This document shows, piece after piece, positions 11,170 through 25,159 of a stretch of DNA of 64,000 nt. The stretch lies in assembly GCA_001662655.1 (NCBI GenBank), contig KV460215.1, one strand, 5' to 3'. Made by a program: the position numbers and the translations under genes. The notes under the pieces are model-generated. The model saw nothing but the letters and a program-made list of their open reading frames with translations, ran no database searches and was not told where the DNA came from. The DNA is from Pseudogymnoascus verrucosus (taxonomy: Eukaryota). Numbering within the stretch: position 1 is the first letter of the stretch; every line of letters starts with the position of its first letter.

Positions 11170-11786
11170 TTTGGATGCGTATGAAAAACTACAACGTTGC
11201 GATGACGACGATGTGGCGGCAAAATGAGTGAACCGTCGAGCAAGAAGTAAAGATCAATTGATCAGAGTGATGTTTTATTGTATGCGGGGATTGTGTATAT
11301 AAAAGGCGACTATTCCATGAAATATATCAATATCTCTCCGCCAATGTCGGAGTTCATCCCCGACGGGGCGGATTGGCGCGTCTAATTGGCTTTTGCCGAC
11401 CAAGTATGACGCGGGTAGGCCCTAAACAAGAACCCGATGGCTGATCGCGAAAGTACCGAGGGGGAAACACTTTAATATGCACGTGTGTCGCGTGTATCGC
11501 GTTTACCTTGCCAGCTGAACTTCCGCGTAACAGGAACAGGATTGGGCCAGGCGTTTGTACCGCGACTGTCAACAAAACGAAGCGTAACAACTGTCAAATC
11601 ACTCGTCACCCAACATCTCACCTCATCATCCTCATGGTCTCCGAATAGAGCCCCTAACACTTCGGTGATAGCCCTAAGACCCTGTGGAACAACACCCAAT
11701 CACACTCCAACCACTCGCCCGTCAATCTGGATTCATCAACTCTCTCTGCTGGGTCGCCAGCTCAATATCACGACGCCGTTGACACA

Positions 11787-12882
11787 ATGGGCCACGATCT
11801 CTACCAAACGGCTCGGGAGCCTCAACAGGCCGAGCAGCAAGACGACTCCATGGGGGGTCTCGAGCAATCACAGACACCAACACCACAGTCCGGCCATGAC
11901 GTTCGACACCAACAATCCCAGTCTGACCCTTCGGGCCACGAATTTCGCCATCAACAATCTCAATCCGACCCTTCGGCATTCCAGTCATCTTACCAGCCTC
12001 AACAACAGCTCTATGAACAGCAGATGAATGCCGACCCTGCTGAACCCCGCTTCCCTGCTCCACAAGCCCCAGCAAACAACATCCCGCGTCCTACTTCTGG
12101 CCTCTCTGGCGGGGGTGACCGATATGGTAATATGGGAACCACCTACCAGGAACAAAACTCTCGCGGTTCGTCTACCGCGGCGACAGATACGGGCCGGAAC
12201 AAGAACAGTGTGGTGATTAAGGTCGGAATGGTTGGGGATGCACAGATTGGCAAGACCTCCCTCATGGTGAAGTATGTCGAAGGCTCCTGGGACGAGGACT
12301 ACATTCAGACGCTGGGCGTGAACTTCATGGAGAAGACGATTTCAATCCGCAACACAGAGATTACGTTCTCGATTTGGGATTTGGGGGGCCAGCGAGAGTT
12401 CGTAAACATGTTGCCCCTGGTGTGTAACGACGCCGTGGCAATTTTGTTCATGTTCGACTTGACAAGGAAGAGCACGCTTAACAGCATCAAAGAGTGGTAT
12501 CGCCAAGGTCGAGGCTTCAACAAGACGGCAATTCCGTTCTTGGTGGGAACAAAGTACGACCACTTCGTCAACTTCCCCAGAGAAGACCAAGAGGAGATTT
12601 CTAACCAGGTTTGTTACCTCCAATACATGTATGTACCCCTATCTAACCGCAGACAGGCCCGTCGTTTTGCAAAAGCGATGCGTGCAAGTCTCATCTTCAG
12701 CAGCACAAGCCACAGCATCAATGTTCAGAAGGTAAGTCCACCTTGACACGTCACGATGATCAGCACTAATTGATGCTTAGATCTTCAAAATTGTTCTTTC
12801 CAAGGCATTCGATCTGAAGTGCACCATTCCCGAAATCGAGAATATCGGCGAGCCACTCCTCATCTACCAATCAGTCGGTTGA
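11787..12882 (+). CDS. SPG1: Septation-initiation/mitotic-exit GTPase Spg1/Tem1
   Basis: [25 protein letters not shown] and GTKYD motifs. Introns ~12609-12656 and 12732-12780; last exon [19 protein letters not shown]. Confidence 0.95.
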
Positions 12883-13346
12883 ATGACCTGATAAACCGGC
12901 GAAGAGACGATTGGATGCGTGAAATGGCCTCATCATGGCTGAAACGACCTGATATACGAAGGGATGAGGAACGAGGAGCATGATTTATGGCTGACTGGCT
13001 TTATTGTGACCCTATGGATGCTCTGGAAATAGTTGACAAAAATAGTAAGTCACGGGGATGGATGTAAAACGCGTCTCTCTCTGGGTAACGTTTTTCTGTA
13101 CTCTACGGCGATCAAGGGTGCATTGTCAATGGAGTTTTAGCTAGTCCAGCAATATAGGGGATAGCTTAGGTTATTGCATGATCCATTGGGATGTAACAGT
13201 AATCACAAATCTCAGCGAGAGAATACATCAGTATGTTCCATTGTCTTGCAATCAGTGTGGATTTATAAAGAATGAAACCCCCATTTAGTTTGCCAAAGTT
13301 TTCTCCTCATCGATGCCCCTTTCTCGGGTGCAATTATACACGCAGC

Positions 13347-15903
13347 CTACGACTTGGCCTTTGCTGTTTCTGCCGCGGCACGTATTTTTCTGTTCCTTCT
13401 ATTCCGAGATTTCTTTGACCTTTTTCTCATCCCCATTGGATTTTCAACTTTGTCAGTCGGCTGCGAAGTAGAAGCCTTGGAGGTTTGGCCTTCCCCTTCG
13501 GCATTCGAGCGGCTGGTGGCCGTCGCCGGCTCGTCGGAATGTGTCGCAGTTTCGGGGGCCTTGGGCTCTTCGGACTGCGTCGTACTTTCGGCGGCTGTTT
13601 GCTCGTCGGATTGTGTCTTGGTTTCGGAGGTTGCGGCGTCCGGTATACTACAGGAATTCCCAGCGTCCATTTCAATTTCAGGTGCCAACGATACTACCAC
13701 ATGACCCTCATCCATGGTCTCATGTGCGACATGGTATACATCCGACATGTGTTGCTCCGCAGAGATGAAATCACAGTCTGATGACAGCAAATCCTTATCA
13801 GGCGTAGGTTGTCCAGCGGCCCTTAAGTCGGCCGATCCAAGGCTGGTTGGAAAGGTCTCTGGGGAGCTCACTTCGATCCAATCATCAGTTACGCTATCGA
13901 GGGTTTTCGAGGTGGAGCCAGTAAACTCGGTGGCAGAAGATTCGCCGCGTTGCAACCTGTATGCAGTCTCGGGAGCCATGATATCCTTAACAGCAGGACT
14001 GTTGGCACCTTCAAGGGTACCTCCCACGACATCATTGTTCACGTTGTCGAACAGATCAGTGCAACCCTTTGGCAAACGGTCATCGACTATATCTTCTTCC
14101 ACTATATCCGAACCTCTCGGGACCTCTATGATACTCTTGAACGAGTCATTCGATGGGTCGGTGGACTGTCCCCTCGGAGTATTGGATGAATCTTTGGCCC
14201 ATTCTGTCGGGATATTCAAAAACTTATCAATGTCAATGAGGTATCTTATCAAAGACTCAGCTCGTCCGAGGGACCTGGGGGCCTTCACGCCATCATCTTG
14301 ATGTGTTACTTCTGAAGTATAATTTGACACCTGCGCATTGCAGCTATCATGCAGCATCTCTAAGGGGGTAATAGAAAAGCGCCGGAGTATCGTTGTTGGT
14401 GTCGATAATGGAGCAAATAATTCCTCGTCATGCATCTGATCACCACATTCCCCAACGTCTGCCTCTCCAGTATTCAACCCACAGTTGCACTCCTCCGCAT
14501 CTCCGTCATCTTCGTCGACACTGTCAAGTCCTCCTGCAACACCGTCCAATCTAACCATCTGGGTGCCATTGAGCTCCGGCGTCAATGGGCGAGACCGGGG
14601 GAAATCTGAAAGCCGATGATGTTGCGGCCTATCCTCGTGCCCATAATAAACGATGACAGACTCGTCGGCCCTGGTATCACTGCGTTCTTGACGAAGGGAA
14701 GAGCTCGAGTATATTGATCCCAAGGCGAAAGACTTTACCCCAACATCCGAACGGATAGATGGGCTGAAGTCCTCACTCTTTGCTTCTTCTTTTATTGTGC
14801 CAGCCCCCGCTGGCATCTCCAGTATTCCGTCGGTTCCCTTTCCTTTCGACCTGTAGCTCAAGAAATTAGGCGATGGGTATGTAACTGGTGAAACTAGAGC
14901 ATTCGGACGGGCTGGGTTTGTGGCACTTCTTTGAGGGAGCTTTGAATCGCTCGACCATCCCCTGAGATCTGCCGAGCTGCTCCTCCTGGTGATTGGATTC
15001 AAGGCAGAACCTATAGGCGATGATTTCCTCACTGCCAGTTTGCGGGGACCGTAGCCCGGTTGTCGAGGCTTATTATGGGAAGCTACACCTTCGCCTGAGT
15101 TTTGCGGGCGTTCCTGGTGGCTGGCATCTTGTAGGAGAGGCTCGTTGACATTCGTTTCTTCTTCTCCGGGGCTGGTAGGTACGGTTTCGATCATATGGCC
15201 ACTTACAGCCATTGGTCTGAAGAATTCTGGTACCTCCTCAAACAAGTTCGATGTGGAATATCTCATCTGCTGTTGTTGACCAGGCTGTTTGTTGATTTCG
15301 GTTTCCCTTCGTTCCAAAAGAATCCTTTCCTCGCGGGCAACAACCTCCCACTCATCCTGCATGAGGGTGCACCTCGAACAAAAAAAAGATTGGACACAGT
15401 CCCCACCAGCCGTACCATCGATATTATATGTAGCTCGGATGCGAGAGTGCTGTAACATCACTATAAACCCTGACGATGCCATCAGTACTTCCAAAGGCAG
15501 CCGCTCAGACAGGATACTCACAATCAAATCCGACGCAACACATTATCATCCCAAACATCCAACACGGCCCATTGCAAATGTGTCGCCGTGACAAATCCAG
15601 AGGGTCCTCCCCTTCGGCCATCTGCTTGAGCCGGTATTGAGTCTTGCCGTAAATAACACATGGCATACAGGAGCCTGTGCACAACGTTGTGATGTCGTGA
15701 TTCCGTGGCCGGAAGAGCTTTGTTATCCAAGGACCAGGCTTGCGGCGAGCAAACCCATTATAGGCAGTATTGCCCCAGCTTGACACCTGCTGGAAGTATC
15801 GCGGGCGGTCAAGGTAGGGCCCAGTCCCAGCGTCAGGGTTTATAGCATTGAGCGGGTATGATAGTGACGGGCGGTGGGTAATGGGAGACAAGAAGTTATC
15901 CAT
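13347..15903 (-). CDS. PLAC8/DUF614 Cys-rich domain protein with long disordered acidic C-terminus
   Basis: CTGSCMPCVIYGKTQYRL ... RSRIRATYNIDG...DC...FFCSRCTLMQ matches PLAC8. Intron 15521-15470 joins the two ORFs in frame; basic NLS-like tail. Confidence 0.75.
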
Positions 15904-16472
15904 CTCCTCAGCCTAATGAGAACAGGACTCCTCCTCGTACTGGCAAGTTGTTTGGTTTCCAACTACCATAGAATAATAAAGATATCGCTTTGAAGCACTA
16001 ATCAATGAGCAGAATATAATATGTTGATGCATTGTAGTTCGCAAGGAGAATAGTTCGCGACAGCGTGTATTCTGTCTGTCACATATATGGAAGCAACAAG
16101 GGTGTTGGATATAAACGGAAGCTGCGACGGAGATGGAAAATATTGGAAGGCAAGTGCGAGGGCGACAAGTAAACATGTCATGCCCATACGTAAATGAATA
16201 AAGCTCTAGCAGCGCTTCTAGCGGCCTCTCAAAGCTCTGCAGGGCAAGTACACCCATCGACAAGCATGTAAGAGGGAAACAGAACTTCAGGCGCATCTTT
16301 GTTGGCAACCAGCTTTCCAGCACACATGATTCAAATATGAGTTATACAGTATGTACAGGAATAGACCGACGCCAAGTGACAATGCCACAAATCTTCAATG
16401 CCCCCGATCGGTCTCCTTGCTTCTGGAGGATGGCCAACTTTATCTATGAGCCACGGCAACCTAACGAGACGA

Positions 16473-17165
16473 TTAGTTCGAAGGTTTGGACACATCGACG
16501 GTATCTTTGGACTTCGATGTCTCTGGGGTTCCTTCGGCCTTCTGGCTGACATCGGAGTCTCCGCCAACATCCGTGGAATGCTTGGCATCCGTAGTTGGCT
16601 ATATAGGTTAGTACATGTTAGACAATGTCTAGATCTGTAAATACCTTCTCGGCAGCCTCAGTGGTATCCTTTCCCTCGTCCTCCGACTTGGAAGCATCAG
16701 CGCTCGGCTTCTCCTCCTCGTTGTCGGTGGTGGAAGCCTCGGCCTCGGCCTCGGCCTTTGGCTCCTCTTCCTTGGATTCCTCTTCCTTGGGTGCTTCTTC
16801 CTTGGTCTCCTCCTCCTTTGCCTCCTCCTCAGCCTCAGCCTCGGGCTCCGCGTGTGCCTCTACCTTGTGGGGAACGTGAAGGTGGTGGGCTTCGGCGGGA
16901 GACTCCTTGAGAAGGTACCAGCAAGCAGGGACGGTGACGGCGACAGCTCCGGCAGCCCTGTAATCCAATTTTGTCAGCCTGCCATTCCCCATGAAGCTCC
17001 AATCGTACAGCGAGCAACTTACCATGGCAGGTCGCTGCTAGCCTCTGGCCCATGGCCACTGGAGTATCCGCGTCTGGCCGAGTGGCGCACCAATTGGGCT
17101 CTTGCGCCACCAATGGACAGGCGTGCGGAGCGAAGAGCTCCAAAGGCGGATCTTGCGAAAGACAT
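16473..17165 (-). CDS. Hypothetical mitochondrial single-pass membrane protein with Glu-rich tail (3 exons)
   Basis: Presequence MSFARSAFGALRSARL..RRGYSS, SDLPW plus a hydrophobic segment, E/K/A-rich region. Introns ~17021-16959 and ~16644-16599; last exon PTTDAKHSTD..KPSN*. Confidence 0.7.
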
Positions 17166-17735
17166 TGTCGGAGAGATTGAAGCAATTGAGCTATTAACAA
17201 GTACCTAAAGTAGATATCAGTATTAATTGATTGTCACATGCAAGTTTAGACAGACTTTACTGGATTTGTGCACGTCGTGGACTCGATTGAGCTGTGACGA
17301 AGAAAGAGGCCGGGAGGAGGGAACAGAACATAACCGGGCACGGCATCGGAATATTGTAGTTCCTGGCGGGATCACCGCATCCCACGTTGGAGCTCCACTG
17401 CCATTTCCCCCCACTACGACATGCTTCAGGTGTCTTCGTTCTCCTACCATATCCCCCCCTCTACACCTTTTTCTACATTTTAACCTCACTTCTTAACTTT
17501 GGTGTCGCTCAGGATCTGGTTAGATTTCACCAGACCTACTCGTGAACACAAACACTACTGAGTGTGAGTTTGTTCACAGGGTACGGTTGCGTTGGTCCAT
17601 TATAGACCAATGCGAAGTTTGGCTGAGGCAACCACTCGCTCACAGCTCCAACTTCAACAGCTGTAACATAACAGCCTCAAGACAAGCTCCATACAAGCTC
17701 GACAAGTCCCTGTAGCCTCAATACAGGCTACCATC

Positions 17736-20700
17736 ATGTCGAGCACTATTCCCACAAACCCAAACGCACAGACCGTGGCAGCGTTGTTGCCCAAGCTCCA
17801 AGATCCAGACCCGGACTATCGGTACATGTCGCTGAACGATCTGTTCCAAGTCCTCACCATAGGTCGCCCGGATTTCTTATACAATGACTACAACACCGCT
17901 GCCAGAGCAGTAGACGGCATCATCAATACGTTAGACGACCAGAATGGCGAAGTCCAGAATCTGGCTATCAAATGGTGAGATCCCCCCACCCGAAACACCC
18001 ATTCCATCCTAACACTATTGGCAGCCTTGCACCCCTCGTTACTAAAATCCCAAACACGATGCTGGCACCTCTTATCGAAAAGCTCTCCAGCCTCACCACT
18101 GAGAATTCCGTTGACAACTCTATCCCAGCCACTGCGCTCCGCATGGTCGTCATTACCCTCCCTCGCCCAGTCCCGGGTGTGGCTCCTACAAAAGAAGTCA
18201 TTGAAGCATATACTGCAATGAGCCGTGTTCTCATCCCCAGGCTTATTGGACATCTTGTTGTTGCCCCATCCGGGCGTTCGAACCAGCCAGCGCCGCCTGG
18301 GATGCTTCAGATCGGCTCCAAGAAGGAGGTGGACGCTGAGGCAGTAGACGTCTTGATCGAAGTTGCCAGGTGCTTTGGTCCCATGTTGCAGCAGCCTGAA
18401 GTTGCAGCGTTGCAAGAAGCAATCGTTGGAATAATCGAGAATGAAAAGGCCAGCTCGGTCGTCAAGAAACGGGCCGTCGTGGCCATTTCTATTCTGGCGG
18501 TTTACCTTTCGGACAGTTCTCTCAGCGCCTTCATTCAACATCTTATTGAGAGCTTCAGAAATGTGCACATAACTCCCATCCAGCAACGACTATACATCAC
18601 CATTCTCGGCTCGATGGCTCGGTCGATTCCCCTGCGCTTCGGCCCTTACCTGAAGGGCATTGCTCCATTCGTCCTGTCTACGCTAAGCCAGCAAGAGCTC
18701 GATAACCAGCTCGAAGAAGCAGCTGATGATGGTGAGCCAAACCCAGAAGTTGATGATGTGAGGGAGGCCGCGCTTGTGGCTCTCGAAGCATTCATCTCCT
18801 CATGTGGCAACGAGATGCGATTGTACACTGAAGAGATAATTTCTTCGGCAATACGCTTTCTCAAATACGACCCCAATTATGTCGATGACGATGAGGATGA
18901 TGAGGAGATGGGCGGAACACAGTCCAACGATGACGATGACAGCGTTGGCGACGACGATGATTTTGAAGACGATGCCGGATTTGATGACGACGATGATGAT
19001 GCAAGCTGGAAAGTGCGGCGTTGCGCCTCCAAGGTGCTATACACTCTGATCGGAACGAGAGCTAGTGGAGACCTTCTCGAAGATGGGACATTGTACTCGC
19101 AAGTTGCACCCGTGCTGATTAGCCGGTTTAATGAGAGGGAACAGAACGTTCGACTGGAGGTCATTTCGGCCATGGCTCTGCTTATTCGAAAGACAGGAGA
19201 AGGCTCGGCCGCTCTTCAGGCTAACGAAGGGAGTCTGGACTACATGTCCCAGCCGACGAGTCGTAAGCGTAGACGAGACAGCTCGATAACCTTTGATACC
19301 AAACCTCTGATTACAATGTCAGCTGGGCTTACTTCCCCCATCATCGAGCCTCTCCCTCCATCGGGACCGAGAGCAGACCTGTCCAGGCTCAGCCCAACTT
19401 TAGTCAAGGCAGTGGCGAAGCAACTCAAGGGCACTTCTATTCCCACGAAGCAAGCGGTAATCAATCTTCTCGCGAACCTTGTGTCCGTGCAGCATGGTGG
19501 CCTTTCAGAGTACTTTTCTCAGCTCGTCGACCCTGTAGTCGATGCCATCAAGGGCACGGGTGCTTCTTCCGCGCCATCCTCGGGCGTAGTCACTACTGGC
19601 TCTGCTTCGGCAACAGTCAGCACACTGCGCGTCTCTGCTCTCAAACTCATAAGCGACCTTTGCGAGACACACTCTTCTAGCGTCCTTCAGCCTTTCCTCC
19701 CAAAGATCGTTCCGGGGGTTGTGTCTGCCGTCAAGGATCGATACTACAAGATTTCAGCAGAAGCTATCGTGACAGTTGAGCAGCTCGTAAAGGCTTTGAC
19801 GCCACCTCGGTCACGCATGGTCGGTGCCAAACATCAAACCGATATACAGAATCTCTACGATGTCATAATAAACCGCGTTTCTTCCAACGATGCCGATCTG
19901 GAGGTTCGATCCCGCGCTATCCACGCTCTCGGTATCTTGCTGGCGCGCACTACCAGTGGCGATGGTGCCAAGCTTCTCTCCCAGGATGATAGGGATGAGG
20001 CTTTACAGCTGCTGAAGGATAGATTGAAGAACGAGACTACCAGGATTGCATCGGTTCGTGCCATCGACACTGTTGCTGCCTTGAGCACTGGCAAGGATCA
20101 GCTGAAGCCGGACTGGGTCCGAGAGGTATCCTTGGAGCTAGCAGCCCAGCTTCGAAAGGCCGACCGCTCTCTTCGTGGCGCAAGCTTAGCTGCCCTCAAA
20201 AACCTGATCGTCACGCCGGCGGCGAGAAATAGCATGGACCATTCCACCATAAGTGACCTGGTCGCATCTCTCTTGCCTCTGCTGAACACAAACGACCTCC
20301 ACCTATTGGGTCCTGCTCTGCTTGTCACTGCCTACTTGGTTGAGGATGATGCCAAGACTGTCGTGTCTCCTGGTTTGAACAAGGCTCTTTGTGACCTTCT
20401 AATGACGCCTCTAGGAGGAGCCGTCCTCGATGCTTTGCTCGTACTGGTCAAGAATATTGCCGGCAAGGGTTCCGGTCAGCCTCTGATGGGCGGCCTCCTT
20501 CAAGAAGTCAGCATAAATGGAGATCCAACTGTCGTTGGCAAAGTCATCGGCACGCTTCTCGTATATGGAGGTCCTTCTGTTGGCGTCACTATAGATATGT
20601 TCATCCAAGAGCTTGATGGAAGCTCTGACGATATTCGGAAGAGTCTGGCCCTGTCTGTCCTGGGCGAGGCAACCCTTCGTATGGGGCCAAATTCGCCGTT

Positions 20701-21885
20701 GAAACCCGAAACTTTCATGTCTCATTTCACATCTGAATACACAAAACTTCCGCTGGCTGCAGCGGTCGCCCTAGGACGTGCCGGGGCTGGAAATACGGCG
20801 TTGTATTTGCCTGCCATTCTTAATAAGATGAACGAAGGAGGGAATACGCAGTATCTTTTACTCCATTCTATCAAGGAAATTTTGCTAGAGGCTGGTAGCA
20901 ATTCTATGGATATTGGTTCTCAGTCAAAGGCCATTTGGGATAGATTAACTCTCGCCTCCCAGGTAGAGGATAACAAAGCAGTTGGCGCCGAGTGCATTGG
21001 AAGATTAGCCATTCTCGACCCGAAGCTGTACATGCCAAAGCTGCAGGTATGTACAAGTCATCAACCCATAGTTCTCACACTAACCGTCATTAGGCCTACC
21101 TTCAAGATCCTTCCCCATCCATCCGTGCCATGGGTATCCAGGCCATTCGTTACACCTTACCAGATAGCGACGAAACTTTCGATGCCATCTTGAAGCACTC
21201 GCTGATTGACATGCTTACGACAATGCTCAACGATACGGAACTCGAGAATAGAAGACTTGCTTTGACAACCCTCAATTCTGCTGCGCACAACAAGTCGGAT
21301 ATACTTCTTCCGCGCCTAGGACAATTGATGCCGCTGGTGTTGAGAGCATCCGTCATACAACCAGAGCTGATTCGAGAAGTCATGATGGGCCCTTTCAAGC
21401 ACAAGGTGGACGACGGCCTTGAAGTCCGCAAAAGCGCATACGAAACTCTCTATGCGCTTATGGAGACTTCCTTCTCGCGCATCAATATCCTAGACTTTTA
21501 TGACAGGGTCATCGCTGGGTTAAACGACGAGCATGACATCCGCTCTTTATGTAACTTGATGCTTACGAAGCTGGTTGTATTGGATTCGGAGGAGACCGCC
21601 AGGAGGCTCGACTCGATTGCCGAATGTTTCCGAACGATCCTTTCGACCAAGTTGAAGGACAATGCTGTGAAACAGGAGATCGAGAAGCAAGATGAGGCAC
21701 GCAAAGGGGTTCTACGCGTTAGTCTTCTGTTGCACAATGCCATCCCAGCGGCCTCTTCAAACATGGGCATAGCAACTGGTCAACACCAGACTTGGCGGAC
21801 ATTTTGGGAGTGGGTGGAGAAAGATTATGAGCCACAGCTTCGTCACATCCGTGATGAGGGGCGTGAAACCGGTCCTACTTATTAG
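17736..21885 (+). CDS. CAND1: Cullin-associated NEDD8-dissociated protein 1 (TIP120)
   Basis: DPDYRYMSLNDL, DQNGEVQNLAIK, YDPNY, DDDASWKVRRCA, RFNERE and MGPFKHKVDDGLEVRKSAYE motifs; introns near 17975-18023 and 21047-21093. Confidence 0.97.
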
Positions 21886-22440
21886 CTTTAGCGGCCTATC
21901 TACTATGAATTTGATGAGACATGAACTCAACGATAGATACCACAATACAAGATTGGTATGAACAACTGGTGTTGTTTGTTAATTGATGTAGTTCCCGTGA
22001 TGTGATTTCGTGACAGTATCCTATAAAGGCGAGCTTACTCGAATAAATCGGTCTGTAATGCAACAACCCATCCTACCCACCACGGAAAAATTGATTCAGG
22101 TCACCACAAGTTTCAATTCACAGTAAAAATTACTAAGGAGGTAAGTACGTTCCATTAATGTTCATGTAAATACTTTCGGGTGATCCACCTCTTAATGTTC
22201 CCTTTGTGGCATCATCCTAGGTTTCAAAAATCAAGACCTTGGGCCTCAATAACAAGAAGTAGCAATCTCCGGGGCTTAGAGTGAGCGAATAACATCAAAG
22301 GTCCCAAACACCATGGCTACCCACAATAGTCTCTAGGCGGACGCCTTCAAACCAGGAGGCAAAAACCAGCATGGCAAGATCAAGTTTCTAGCATAACAGT
22401 AGCACAGGTTCTGTTTCACGGCACAGGCGATGTCTCCCGC

Positions 22441-24247
22441 TTACTGATCCCACTCGGCATTCTTCTCTGCTTCGATCCGAGCTCTCTCTTCCTCCTGCTT
22501 CTGTTCGCGTTCTCGGATTCTTGCTAACCGATACTCAGGGTCTTGGACAGCATTGACAATCACCTCTTCTTTGGCCTCGTGGACGGTATCAAGCGGAAGC
22601 TTTGGAACTATCTGCGCCGAATAGTATCGGTGCGTGTTATCGTCATGGATGCCGGCTGTGTCAATCATACCCGCGGCAACCTGGTCCATTAGTTGACTAA
22701 ACCGACGATCGTCCCGAGCATTACATCTGTTAGTTTGGGATTCGAGATGCTGCGTAATGGCAGAAGCACTGCGAAATTGGTTGAAACAGAATGGGCACGA
22801 GTAGAGGTCGGTAAGGTGCGCGTTCGACTTGAGATGCATGTACAAGGCCTGGCTTGAATTGAGGAGCTTTCTAGACACAGGTATTGGTATTTAAGAAATG
22901 GTAGGTGGAAATATAGCTACTTACGAGCAACCAGCGAAAGCACAATTGTACTTTCTGCTGAAAGGATTTCGATGTTTCTCCAAGTTATAACCCGGCTGGT
23001 CCGGATCGTACTGATGGTAATATTTTGGAGGTGGCTTCTCGGGGGTCGACTCGCTAGTTTCGGCTGCCAGTTGTGGCCTCTCCAGCTTAAGTCCTTGAAG
23101 CGATTTCAGAACATTCAAGGGCTTTGATGGTGCTCCAAGGTCAGGTCCGGCATGTGTAAGCATCGGAGATCGAAGGCTCAACGGCTGGCTTGATGGGTTA
23201 GAATTGTCGGTAACAGGGCCTGAGAACTTCGAGGAACGCGCTGGTGGTGGGGAAATCTTTGGTGCTTCCTTCTCCCATGGCATATTCTCAGCGCCTCCGG
23301 CTGCAATGTTGAATGGTTTCAGTCCGGCGAGGTTGGACCAGGCGCGCTTGGGAACATTTCTATTCGGTGACATCTCTATCAAATCCTCTTCGGCTTTGCC
23401 TTTCGGGGGGAGGTCCATGCCCGTAGGTTTCTTAAGGATGGAAACGTTATCTGTCGAGCCCACGCCAGGCTTTTGAATCGTCAAAGCCGGGAAGTTTCTC
23501 TTAAATTCTTGGTACTCAGCCTCCTTGCTTGGGGTTTCGAAATCGGTCATGATGTCCCTCGGCGTAACATGACTTGCAGGGCCAGCGGAAACGTTATCAA
23601 CTTCAGACTGTACTCGGCTTGCAGGGGCAGCAAAGACTTTGTCAAGTTCAGATTGAACTCGGCGTGCGGGAGCAGCAAAGACTTCGTCTACTTCGGATTG
23701 AACTCGGCGTGCGAGAGCAGCGGAAACTTTGCCAACTTCGGATTGAGCTGTGCCTGCAGGAGCTGGAGAAGCTTCAAGGACTTCCAACGGAACACAACTT
23801 GCATTGGCAGTATGGACTTTGTCAATGGCATCAGCAGTTGTGGCAGTGTTTTGCTTCTTGGGTACGCCCATCTTCTTGTAATAGTCATCATTGGCGTCTC
23901 GAATCCTTTCGAACGCCAGTTTGCGAAACACGGGACATCCATCGATCTCAACATGTTGTACTAAACTCCCGCATCGAGTGAATTCCTTGTGGCAGCCGCT
24001 GCAGATCAGACTCTGGTCGGGTGGATGCGCCTGAGGCTGTCAGTATGGTAACAGAGGGGCTCGGTGAGGTCCAAACCTGGCGTTGATGGGTCTGCCTGCC
24101 CTCCTCAGACTGAAATTCCTGCCCACAAGTAGCACAAGCGTGTGGATGGTTATCGCTCACGATCATATGTCTGATGTAGGCCTTCCAGTCATCAAACTGC
24201 TGGTCACATGGAATGCATACCTCAGATTGCTCTGTGGGACTCGCCAT
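22441..24247 (-). CDS. C2H2 zinc-finger protein (N- and C-terminal finger clusters, disordered middle)
   Basis: CIPC..HMIVSDNH, CATC..HQRQ.H, CAFAGC..HLKSNAH and CPFC..HLES fingers; two short introns (~24076-24032 and ~22924-22870). Confidence 0.8.
23583..23762 (-). repeat. Coding tandem repeat, 4 x 45 bp (15 aa, xPARRVQSEVDxVxA)
   Basis: Units start at 23583, 23628, 23673 and 23718 (plus-strand CAGC[GA]...). Confidence 0.9.
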
Positions 24248-24385
24248 AGCCGTAGAATATTGAGATGAAGATGATCGGGGCAGTTGTGGTGGTGTAGATG
24301 GTGGGTATGGTGCAGAATTTTGTGACAAGAGAGGTTGTTAGAGCAGTTGTGGTGATATATAGAGGTTGGGTGCAAGTTCGGAGTA

Positions 24386-24520
24386 TGAAAGAAGTTGAGA
24401 GTATAAGAGAAGTTGAGGGTCTGAAAGAAGTTCAGAGTATAAAATAAGTTTAGAGAAATTGAGGGTATAAGAGAAGTTGAGGATATGAAAGAAGTTCAGA
24501 GTATAAAAGAAGTTCAGAGT
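24386..24520. repeat. Degenerate ~18-bp tandem repeat (AT[GA]A[AG]AGAAGTT[CG]AG[AG]GT), about 7-8 copies
   Basis: Direct reading; lies upstream of the C2H2 gene in the region divergent with PFA3. Confidence 0.85.
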
Positions 24521-25159
24521 GTTGACAGTTACGTAGATGAACTCATATATAGTTCCAGACAGAGAGAAAAAAGGCTGGTCAAAGCTGTGGTTTTCTACAT
24601 CTTCCCAATCTTCCCAATCTCCCCGTGTAATAGCCTCCCAAAAACATGGGATGGGCCAAGATATCTGTGTGAACTAACACTGATATATTCTGCTACTACA
24701 TTAACCTCATGACAGGATTTTAACGTCGACAAGACATTGGGAGAAAGCTCAAAGTTGGAACTACTCAGTCTGGTGTTCAGGTTTAGCCCACAACTAGAGG
24801 TCCTGCAATTAGTCAGGGGAGATAGAAAGGCGTTTTCTCGTCAATCGCTAACGTGGCAAAGCCTGCAACTCTCGGATTGTACAGTAAAGAGTCGTTTATC
24901 ATTGTCTATCATCGTCGCCATCGTCAAAATCATGATATTGGTAGCCTCGTCGTCTGTGCGCGTCGGGGGTTTCGGGAAGAACGATACACCGAGGTCAGTC
25001 AGGGTAAGGCTGCGCCTCCTGAGGCTTACTGTACGTCGTGGCTGCCGCCTCACCTCCCCCGTCTCATGTCCACGAGCACGCACTCGTGCCCCAATCAACA
25101 AACCCTCGTTCAAATATCCTCATTATGCCGTGTGGTAGTGCTTTTGGTAACAAGATGTG

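Noticed and set aside
24386..24520. Repeat array as possible CRISPR
   Set aside because: Eukaryotic context, contiguous degenerate units with no unique spacers, and no cas genes.
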